Below, piece by piece: positions 53,801-64,000 of a stretch of 64,000 nt of DNA. Below the pieces are notes generated by a model. That model saw only the letters and a list, made by a program, of their open reading frames with translations, did no database searches and was not told the origin of the DNA. This stretch comes from Camelus dromedarius. Lineage: Eukaryota. Position numbers and translations under genes: made by a program. Where the stretch lies: assembly GCF_036321535.1 (NCBI RefSeq), contig NC_087455.1, positions 992,001 to 1,056,000 of the forward strand. The letters run 5' to 3'. Numbering within the stretch: position 1 is the stretch's first letter; each line of letters begins with the position of its first letter.

Positions 53801-56800
53801 AAACCTGCGTGGCCGCTGGTGCCTTGGGGACTGAGCACTGTGGAGGTTCCAGCCCAACTCCTCCTCTTGCTTTCCCTCCCCTGCCTCTACCCTTGCCTTC
53901 ATTCTCTGGCCCAGCCCTCTGACCCTCCCACCTAGTTCCCTGGGCCTAGAGTCAGGCTTCGGCTGAGGGGGGCAGGGCGGGTGTCCCTGGGGGGGGCCGC
54001 AGGGCCTCCCCCTCTGCCATCACAGGTCTTTCTGTCCTCCTTTTCATCCTAGGGTGGGTCTGTAGGCAGCTGGGGATGGAGAGGTGACACCTGAGAAGGG
54101 ATGGGCAGGGGACCACTCCTTGGCTGGACTGGACCCCAGAGAAGGCAGCAAAGGAGAGAACCTTTCTCAGACCTCAGAAATGGTTTCCGGTTTGCCATCC
54201 ACTGAATTGTGGAGTTGTCACAGTCTGCGCCAGCTCTCTCTCCAGGGCAGGACTGTGGCTTCAGGGCTGGCTCCGTGGCTCCTCTGCCCTGGCCATGCTG
54301 GGCCCAGCACCATGACTCAGGCTGCCCTGCCCTTGGGTGGCAGACCCGATGTGCGCCGCTGAGCTCGGCTCCCTGTGGGTGGAGAGGTTGTTGCCCGGTC
54401 CACACGACCCACAGGGCCCCAGGCTAGGAAACTTCATGGTGGCAACAGGTCACATGGCTCCTTCCAGCCACTTGTGAATGTTTGCTGGCCTGTGCCAAGG
54501 AAGAGCCACGGGGGGGTGGGTGAGGGTGTTCTCACCTCTGGAAGTTGCTGGGATGGGAGGGTCCCCTCTGCCTCGTCTGCCCAGGGCAGTGAGCGTGAGG
54601 CAGTAGCCCCCCCACCTCTCCCTCCTCTGCCTGTCTAGAGCCCCAGACCTCGCAGACAGGCTGCCAGCATGGAGGGCGGCCCGGGGCTGTGTGGGCAGGG
54701 CTGGGGCTGACCAGAAGGGCTGGGCTCTCAGGTGCTCAGGGGCAGATCTGAGGGCTTTCTCCTGAGCTGGGCCTCACACGGCTGCCTGCCCCTGGCTGAG
54801 AGCTTGCCAGGCTTGGGGCCACGCCAGCCACACCATCCGGAGGAACTGCTGTCACCTGTTTATGGATGCACAGTGGGGCGTTCACTCGCCGTTGGTCACT
54901 AGCAGGAAAGGCAGGTGTGACTTGGGCCCTTGTCTGGGCCTTACCCAGTCTTCACTGTGTAGCCCCCAGTCTCTGACACCTGGCCGTGGTGGCCAGTGAG
55001 GAGATCCTCTGGCTGGGGTCACCCGGTGCTGGGGCCATCCCAGCCTGAGTGCGAGTGTCTGTCCCCAGTACCCAGGCTCCTCACCAAGCCCCCTGGGGGG
55101 CTGTCATCCCCTCCCTCAGCCCCAGAGCAGGGACCTGTAGGGTCGGGGGATTCCTCAGGCACACAGTGCTCACTGGGGTGTGGGTCCCTGGGTGGCCCAT
55201 CTGTGGGCTGACTGTAAGGGGACATCCTGGGCTGCCTCCCCCCACTGCTCGGTCATTTGGGCTTGAAGGGCCCCCCTTGGGGTGGTCACCATGTCCCTGG
55301 GGCGCCCTCCTGCTCCTGTGGAGTCAGAGCAGGCCCTCAGCTGCCTGGGCCCTGAAGCCTGTCAGTCATGCTTAGTCTGTCAGGGGCACTGGTGGGGCGG
55401 CCCTTGAGCAGGCGCCTGCTTGAGGAGTCGGGAACGCACCTCCAGGGTGGTGCGGTGCCCGGGCCCAGCTCTGCTACAGCAACCTCTAGGGAGCCACGGG
55501 AGACTGCAGAGCCGTCCTCACGTCCCCTCCTCTGGAGTCCTGCAGCCCCGCCCCCCTCCCACAGGCCCCGCCTCTCCTCTGACCCGGTGACCCAGTGGGC
55601 AGGGGCCCGCAGTCACACTGCAGCCCAGAACCCACTGCATGGTGCTGGGTGGCCTCAGGCCTGCGGGAAGATCAGGCAGGGGTCAGAGGGAGCAGAGCAA
55701 AGACTTGCCCTGGACCTCCATACTCATCACTAGGCCCACTGAGGCATTTTGGGTTGGTCAGGAGCCGGGACCCTGAAGAGAGCGGGTGGGAGGAAGGAGG
55801 CAGGCTTCCTGTGGTAGGGAAGGGAGGACGCAAGACCAGGGCTGAGTGGCTCCGTGGTGTCCCCACCCTGCCCAGTGCTCCAGTCTGGGGCTCCCGAAGT
55901 GCTGGGGGCCCTGCTCTGAGCCTCCAGGCTGGTGCTGGCATTGCCGTGTTCTGTTTCCACGTCTGGGTGGGGGTCAAGGGTCACCTCCTGGGCATGGCTA
56001 TGTGGGTTGAGGGGGTGGGCAGGCAGGTGCTTAGGGTGGGCTTAGCGGGTGCTAGCCTGGGTGGCGCCTCTTGTCCCCGCCGCTCTTCTCGCTGCTGGAG
56101 TTTCCCACCGTGGCATGCTGGCTGGATGCGGTGAAGGACGTGAGAGCGGTTCAGTCTGGACCCGTGCTTCCTAAGGGGAAATAGAAAGGCTGCCGTCGGC
56201 CCTATGAGAGGCAGCCGCAGCCGGCTCGAGCCTGGCATGGATTATTTGGCGTGTCAGAGGCATCCAGTTTTACGTCTGTCGTGGCCTTGCCAATTAATTA
56301 TTCCACAAGGGCGGCGTGGGAGTGCGTGTGCCTGTCAGGCGCAGCTGGCTCAGAGCCTCGGGTTGGGGAGGGGGGCTACTGCGTCCTTCCCCAGCCTACC
56401 CGCCGACTCCTGGCCTGGAAGGAGAGGTGACGTTCTCACGGTGTGGAGCACCCTTTTCGCAGGCCTGGATCCCTAGGTTGGGGGCACCTTGGGCTGGTCT
56501 GAGTGGCACGAAGGAGTGGAGCATCTGACCTGCAGCCTCTCCAGCCCCGGGGGCTGTTTTGAGACCCCAGTCCCTTTGGCCTCACCAGTCTGGCTGTGAG
56601 GCAGGACTTCGTGCGCTGCATCCCCACCGCCTCCTGTCATCTCTGTCCTCCTGGTCTCTGTTGTGCCCTGCGTTGCTGCAGAGGAGGTGCCCGGTGAGCT
56701 CTGATCCATGCCTGATCCTGGGGAAGGAGGGGAAGGACACAACTTAAATTTGTTCCGGGCTCTGAGCTTGAGGTGACTGCTTCCTGTAGGTGGTAAGTGA

Positions 56801-58359
56801 GGCTGGGGAGGCTCGGGCCTCCCCCACTGTGGGCAGCGGTCTGCACCTGGCTGTGGGCCTGTGCACCCTTGTGTGGCCTTCAGAGCCACATTTCCGGGGG
56901 TGTCCACCCACTAGGCTGTGTGCAGATGCTGGGCATCACCTCTGAAGTGGGGAAGGGGTGGGAGGGAGCCTGGCATTCCCAGGCAGGGATGGCTGGCGCA
57001 GGGGCTGCTGTGACCAAGGACATCCAGATGGTTGAGGAGGCGGGCCCGGGAAGGGGCGCGGAGGCCAGCACTGCCCGTCCAGGAGTCTGCCCCGTCCCTC
57101 AGTGAGAATCTGGTGCAGACTGATGGCCAGACTGGCTGCTGTGTCTGTGTCCTGAGTGACAGAACCCCAGCGGGTTGTCCAGGAGCTAAGTGGGCCGGGC
57201 ACGGAGACCCGGTGCCAGCTGCAGGGAGGTGCCCAGCTGGTAGGCAGCCTTGAACTGTGCTGAGTGACTGTGGCCTCAGCAGGGTGTTGGCCTCTCAGCC
57301 TCCCTTTCCTCCTCTTCAGGACAGGTTGATGACAGCCCTCTGCCCTGACTTTGAAACACCCTGGGAACATGCCCCAGCCAGGGCAGCCAGGCCATCACTC
57401 AGGGACATGAGTCCTGGGGATGGCGCTGGGAGCTGCCTGGGAGGCAGGACCTGTGTCGGCCTGACCACCCTGGGTGGATCTCCTTCCCGCTGGGACAGCT
57501 GGGCAGAGAAGGAAGACCAGGCAGGCCATGGCAGGGGTGTCCCCAGGGTGGACCTTCTGGTCCAGGCCTCTGGGGAGGAGCAGTAGCTAAGATGGGAGAG
57601 GAGGGCCGTCCTGTGGCCTGTCCCCTCCTGTCGGCTCTGCCACCCGAGGGTCCTTTCAGGGACTGCTCTGAGGCTGCATCTTTGGTGCCCGGCCCTGTGG
57701 GAGGAGCAGGTGAGACACCGTCACTCCCCAGGGACTGTCACGGGGACCCCTGTCCCTGCTCACCTCAGCCTGGGCCTGTGCCAGAGCCAGCAAGGATGCA
57801 ATGGACCCTCCCTCCAAGACCGAGAGCCAGTGGTTTGGGCCAGAGTGGCTCTCCTTTGTTCCTCTGTTTGCGTGGAGCCTGGGGCCCCGAGGTGGGCAGC
57901 AGGCCTTGGGCCCAGAGGTGGCATCTCCAAAAGGAACTACAGAATCATGTTTCCCCAGGGAGCTCTGTTTAGACCAGCTCTCCCTACTCCCTGCAATTTA
58001 AAGGAAGAAAGTGCCAGGTGTGGTGGGGGTCTGTCGTCTGCATCTGGCTCAGGCTGCTGCCCGCACACGGTTGTCCACTCGGCTTGTGAGGGCAGGGCAG
58101 CAGGTGGAGGCATTACAGGGCCACATTGCCTTCCTGCTGCCCTGGACACGGGGCCGGCTGGTGTGTGCACGCTCGAGTCTGGGTCCTGAGTCAGTGCCCC
58201 AAAGGGTGACGAGGGGCACAGGCAGCCTGGGAGCGGAGGCCGGGGCGGGGGCTGCTCTTCAGGGTCAGAGCTACCTGTGCGGGCCAGTGGGCCTGAGATC
58301 AGACCGAGCACACAGGACCAGGTGGCTGGACCGTTGGCCTTCAGGCTTTCCTATTTTCT

Positions 58360-60560
58360 AAAACATGCAGGTAAAAGGTTATAAATTCCTACCTGAGCAT
58401 AGCTTTAGCTGTCTTCTGCAAGTTAATTGTTTATGTTTTTCTCCGAAGTTTTTCTAATTTTCATTTCAAGTTTTTCTTTGATCGAGGGTTATTCAGAAAG
58501 GGGTGCTTCATTTCCAATGCCCTGGGGATTGCGTGCCATCTGTGTGATTTCAGTCCTTTGAAGTCTGCCCAGACTTGTTTTAAGGCCCAGCTTAGGGTCA
58601 GTTTCGGTAAAGCTCTCGTGTCCACTTGGAAAGAATGATGCTGGTTGGTGAGTGTGGGGCTCTGTGAGGAAAATGGTATTAATTGTGTTGTTGACACCTT
58701 CTGTATGTGCACTGATTTGATGGGCCGGGAGGGAGTCTGTTTTCCCCACAGTCACGGGGAGGCAGTGCAGGATCTTCCTCTGTGCCAGTGAATGTGTTCA
58801 TTTCTCCAGTTGTCGCTCTTGCATTAAATATTTTGAGGTCGCTTAACTGAGTGCAAACCGTTTAGAGTTGTTATATCTCTCTGGTGGATTGAATCTTTTA
58901 CTGTTATGAAATGTCCTTTTTTATCTCCAGTAACACTTCTTGCCTTGAAGTCCTCTTTCTCTGACACGAGTACAGCTACACTGGGAGTGTTGCAGAATGT
59001 GCGTGTGCACATGTGCGCTCACACGCCATGCAAATGTTACGTGGCGCCTGGGAACGCGTGTACTGTCGGCCTTCCTGTAGTACAGCTGTGGTTTTGGGGG
59101 ATTTTTTTTTGTATCCAGCAAGTAGTTGGTTCTTAAGCACAGTTTGAGATTGTCTTTCTTTCGTTTTTTTTTTTAATAAGCAAAGGATTTTATTAGTAAA
59201 GCAAAAGTCAGTACACCTTGAGAATTGAAGGTGGTTCAACCCCAGAGTTAAAAGTGGCGTGCGGTCGTCTGTAAGAGACTTTGCCTATTCACGTGTGGTG
59301 CAGTTATTGCTGTACTTGGGTTTAAATATGCATACTGCTGGGTGCTTTCTCTTTGTTCCACCCGTTCCGCTCTTTTCTCTTCTTTTTTTTGTTTTTCTTG
59401 TTTTGGGTGTATTTTTATTCTATTTTCTCAGTTAGCTTATAATGCATTTTTTTATTCCTCTCCTCAGTGGTCTCCACAGAGGTGGTAGTATGCATCCTCG
59501 ACTCACTGTTTCTGGACTTAGTAATGATCGTCTGACCCTCCGCTGACAGTGGGAGGAGCTCGGAGTCCCCAGGCCCCACTCTCCTCTCTTCCCTCGACAC
59601 GAGCACGGGAACTGTTGTGATGTTAACTCTCCGTGTGTCCTAGACCTTGCAAGCGCTGTGTGCAGTGGACTCACCCATGTGTTTACTGCGCCACCCCTCT
59701 CCGTCCCTTCCTCTCCTGCATTTGGGAACATTTCTTCATGTTTCCTTTGTGTCACAGGGGTGCTGGGGACCATTGCTTTCCATAGATGTTTCCCTGAGAC
59801 GTCTCTGTTGTCGCTCTCTGGAGAGTGTTTTAGTTGGGAACCGCTGGGGAGAGACTGTCCCGTGGCAGCCAGTAACTGGGCCCCCCCCTTCCCGCCCCCG
59901 TCTGCGGTGGGGCTTTGTCTGTCCCTGGTTTTCAGCAGTTGTGCTCTGGGCGCTTCCTGCAGGCTTTACTTACCCTGCCTGCAGTTTGCCATACTCTATG
60001 AATTTGTGGCTTATCAGTTTTCATCAAATTTGGAAAATTCTCAGCCATTCTGTCTTCAAGCATGGCCTCTGCTCCATCCCCACCTCTCCTCCTGCGATCT
60101 CTGCTGCGTCTGCACCGAACCTTTTCACCGTATCTTACATGTTTTCTGTGCTCTTTCCTGTGTCTTCTGTGACTTTTCTCTCCAGGCTTAAATCTGGACA
60201 GTTTCTTCCTACCTGTTCTCAAGATTACTTATTGTCTGTTCAGCTTTGTATAATCTGTTGTTAAATCCATCCATTGAGGTCTTAGTTTTAGTTATTTTAA
60301 GTTCTGAGATTTTCATTATTTGTCCTTTAAAATGGTTACTGGGTCTCTGCCGGTATCTGCAGTCTTGTCTTTGAGTTCTTGAACGCATAATCATTTTTGA
60401 AATCCCTGTCTGACCGCTCAGTTATCTGGGTCACTGTTCATCCCATTGCCTGGTTTTTCCCTTCTTAGTTTTGGGTTAAGTGTGATTTGCTTGTGTGTCT
60501 GGTTATTTTGTATCGTGTGGCAGAAGTTGTGTATGGAATTCGGGAGATAACTTGTGGCTG
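58360..60560 (-). mobile_element. Old L1 fragment spanning ORF1 and the ORF2 endonuclease region (degenerate)
   Basis: Minus-strand translations give ORF1-like MAENFPNLMKTDKPQI and TSMDGFNNRLYKAEQTISNLENR, and EN-like VAVLVSEKEDFKARSVTGDKKGHFITVKDSIHQRDITTLN, with frameshifts. Confidence 0.9.
59154..59258 (-). mobile_element. Short polyadenylated retro-insertion (ERV1-LTR R-region-like) nested in the L1
   Basis: Minus strand reads ...GGTGTACTGACTTTTGCTTTACTAATAAAATCCTTTGCTTATT-(A)11, with AATAAA 14 nt before the tail; it interrupts otherwise colinear L1 sequence. Confidence 0.55.
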
Positions 60561-63500
60561 GATGATGTCACCTTCCCCCAGACAGGGTACGCAGTCCCTG
60601 GGGAGACAGACCTGCAGAGTCAGGGCAGTGTGGGGAGTGAGAAGGCCCAGGCAGGTCCCTGGGGGCTGTGTCTTGCCCAGGGAGGGGCTCTGCCGGGGTG
60701 GTTCTAGGTGGGCTGACGGAACACCAGGAGGGCTGCTGACCCTGGCTGTCCTTTGACAGCGTTGCCCAAGATGCTCCCTAGGCCAGCAGAGCAGGTCTGT
60801 GCGGGAGGGTGATTGAGGGGCAGTGGGAGCCCCCTCCACCCAGCCCTGCATAGAGGCCCACTTCCCCCCCCCCCCGCCCCCTGTGTGATTGGTTGGGAAG
60901 GAAGGGTGGCTCCTTGCGATCCCCAGTGACCTGTGCATTGGGGAAAGGAGGGGCTCACTGACCCGTGGCCTCTGAGAGGTCTCTGGGTATAATGTCAACA
61001 GGACAGCCTGTGGGCCTGTGGATGGTGGCCTTGTTCCTGCAGGCTTCTCCCTGCCCCTACTCCAGGCCTGGAGAGGACTCTGGCAGCCATGCTGCATCAG
61101 GATGCCAAGCCTGGGGGAGGGCCTTGGCGGTGGAGGCCAGGTGGGGCCCAGGGTGCACCCTGCCTGGGGCGGAGTTGCTAAGTGGAGGTGAGGGACAGCT
61201 GAGGTGGCAGTGTTTGTGCTGGCAGGGCCCTTGGGGGCCCCAGGGAGAGCCTCGGACTTTCACGTTGGCCGTAGGCAGTGGGCCTGGTGCACAGGGTGCT
61301 GAGGGAGCGGCGAAGTGTCTCTGGTTTAGCGCGGACCTCGTGTGGGGCTGACTGCCTCAGGGCATGCTCCTCTTGGCCCTTGAGGGCAGGACCACCTTGG
61401 CAGGGGGAGCTCTGCTGGTTTGTGTGGGCTGTTGATCCTGGCACTGGGCAAAGAGCAGGACCTGGTGACACCAGCCCCCAGCTCTGTGCATCTGAGGTCC
61501 CCTGTCCCCTTGTGGGGTGACAGGAAGTGTCATGGGCTCCGGGACACGAAGACAGGAAGGGCTTGCTGCCCTAGAGCCAGCCGGCAGGTGGGCAGTGGGC
61601 AATGGTGCACTTGCTTGGAGCCTCCAGGGCTGTGTCCCCTTGGTTGCCCCCCCCATCCCATGTCTTCATGAGAGCGTGTTGGCCCGGATGGAGCCCACTC
61701 AAGACAGGCACCGAGGATGGGCCTCCCCTGGGGTCTGAGCTGAGACCATCTGCTTCCCATCCTGCTGGGGCCCCCGCTGATTGCTCTGCCGATGGAGGGA
61801 CACTAGAGCTTTGGGCTCAGCTGTCCCGGAAAGGGTGGGCCACGTGGCCTTCTGCAGAAGGATTGCACCCCTTCAGCTGTTGGAGCATCTGGGCAGATCC
61901 TGTGACCCTGGAAAGGCTCAGGTGTCTGTGGGGCCTTCCTGCCTTCTTGTTTCCTCTTATGTGCCTGGAAAGTGGCTCTTCTTCCCCTGAGACTGAGCCT
62001 TCTCCAGGCAGATACCAGGCTGGGCTGGCATCCCCGCCCAGCCCCCGCCCATGGGTTTGGGGCTAGTGTTCTCTCCAGGCCGGGCACAGGCTGCTGACTG
62101 CCTATGCCTGGTGGCCTGTCCCCACCTGCTACAGCTGTGCTGGGGGAGCAGACTTGGGCCTGCTTCATGTTGGCCACCTGCTCTGGGGCCTGTTCTGGTC
62201 TGCACTGAGGGAGCTGGGATGCTTTGGGGTGTCTGCAGGGGCCTTGTCCCTGGCACACTCACTCCCTCCCATCTTGTCAGTTTTGGGTGTGGTGGCCACC
62301 TAAAGGATGTGCTGCCCCTCTCCCTCTCGTGCCCGTCTGTGGATGGGGAGCCTCCTGACAGCCTTGGGGCTGCCTAGTGCCCTCTGTGCGGCAGCCTGGA
62401 ATGGCCGGCCCTGTCCCCCGGCTGGCTGTGCCCGGGAGGGAGAGCCGCACATCCAGGCAGGTCTAGGGGCACCCTCTGGGCTGGGCCCCGTCCCGGTCCC
62501 ATCCCGCAGCACGTGCCAGCTCCTTTGTTGTCATTCCGCGGGGCCTGCGCTTTCTAAATTAATTCTGGAGCCATTGTGTTTCCTTCTCATGGCGTGTTTC
62601 AAGCTACGCACCCTGCGTAGCTTCTGGCAGCTTTTCTCCTAATTGCCCTTTCCGCATCAGCGGCCTAGCGATTAAGTGGTGGGTGTGCGCAGCTCTGGCT
62701 CTGGGTCCGCGGTGGAGGCGGCAGTCTGCGGAGAACACACAGCGGTGCGGGCTGTGACAGTGGCCACTGTCCTGAGCCTAGCGTGTGGAGGTGGTTTGGG
62801 ACGGGCACAGGCACAGTGGCTGGCAGCACATGGCCCCCTGAGCAAGCAGGTGGTCCCCAGGACGCAGCAGGTCATCCTGTAGAGCAGCATGTGTCTGTAG
62901 CTGCGGGAGTCCCTGCGGGGCATGAACTACCTTCTGGACGGGCGCTGGGAGAGGCGTGAGGCGCCTCGGAGAGTGAGAGGTGGCTTGCTTCCGGGGTGCC
63001 TCCAGATCGGCTTGCTCCCTACTCCGTGCACCGGGGCGCAGTAGGGCAGCTGCCTGGCCCCGGATCGCCGTGGGCTGGGGAGGCATGCGGGGTGGGCAGC
63101 AGGGTGCGCTGATGGCTCTGCCTGCCAGAGCGCTGGGCCCAGCAGGCAGATGTGGGAGATCCTGGGGTGACCGTGTGCACCTGAATTCTGTTCTCCCAAC
63201 CAGCCATGCCCCAGGTGCCTCCTGCAGTGCCTGCCCTGCCCGGCCCTGGGGAGCAGAGGCCTGGTCCAGGGTCGCCTCTGAGCAGGGCGTACAGCCAGCG
63301 GGAGGACATACTTCTCCCCCGCCAGGCCCGCACCCTGTAGCACCTAGACTTGCAGGACTGTGGTCCGTTCTTGTGTGCCTTCTGCCTGCACCTCTGTGGC
63401 CCTGGTACCCCAGGAGACAGGCAAGTACAGTGGGCGCGAGGGCTGGGCTGGGCCAGGTGGCTGCAGAAGTCAGAGGGCAGCACGAGCTGGAGGAGGTGGG

Positions 63501-64000
63501 CCCTTGTCTGTAGGAGGAGCCCTCTCTCCCACTAGCAGGTGGGCTGCATTGAGCCCCTTTCTCGGGGTCCCCAGGACAGCCGCTGGTCCTCGCCGTGCGG
63601 CCCCAGGAGGGCCTCTTTGCTGGCTCTGTGCTTGGGATGGGTCACTGAGGCTGACACTGCTGCTGGCTCTGTGGCTGTGTCCTGTGCCAGGGCTGGAGGA
63701 CACGGAGGAGAGGGGACAGGCCCATCCTTGAATGTGATGGTGCCCATGCAGCTCTAGGCAAGGCCTGTGGTGCCCCAGCTCCTCCCTGTAGTCGCCCCTG
63801 AGCTGAGGGTAGGGGAGGCCCTCGCTCCCTCCCTGGCTGGCCAGTCTGTGCTGCCCCCTCGCTGCCTCCGCTCTGCTGGGCAGTTGTCAGGTACACTTGA
63901 AGCTGTAATGTGACCTGGGACGTTCCCTGAAACGTGGCCCTCGCGCTGCCCTCCTGCTGCCTTGGCGGGACTGTCTGTCCAAGCGGGCTCCAGGGTGAGT

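Noticed and set aside
53012-53935. ORFs spanning the N-blocks in ZC3H3 intron 3
   Set aside because: Artefacts of N codons lacking stops; the flanks look regulatory, not coding.
58461-60394. Short ORFs with endonuclease-like and ORF1p-like peptides as host genes
   Set aside because: They are frameshifted remnants of an old L1, annotated as a mobile element instead.

Overview
GC-rich genomic DNA from a placental mammal, recognisable as the block syntenic to human 8q24.3 but in the opposite orientation. Gene order is TIGD5 (-), EEF1D (+), NAPRT (+), MROH6 (+), GSDMD (-), then the 5' part of ZC3H3 (+, exons 1-3). I rebuilt exon chains by hand from the ORF track and GT-AG boundaries. All six genes give phase-consistent, stop-free reading frames; TIGD5 is interrupted by a frame-preserving 300-N block. 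Family names and human comparisons come from my recollection of these proteins, not from a database search. Old repeats (L1, MaLR/MLT1, MER53, MIR, L2) are present, but I saw no young SINE. No tRNA, rRNA or CRISPR features were found. The best leads are: (1) a 15-nt EEF1D 5'UTR microexon that would set the Kozak context of the long isoform only; (2) a six-fold repeated W-x-x-K-x-x-[YF]-[DE]-x-A-E module in long eEF1B-delta; (3) a copy of a ZC3H3 promoter segment inserted in tandem into an LTR 1.75 kb away, with CpG decay; (4) conserved-looking enhancer islands in ZC3H3 intron 3; (5) N-blocks that behave like masking of conserved sequence rather than true gaps. I found no evidence for a wholly new gene system.
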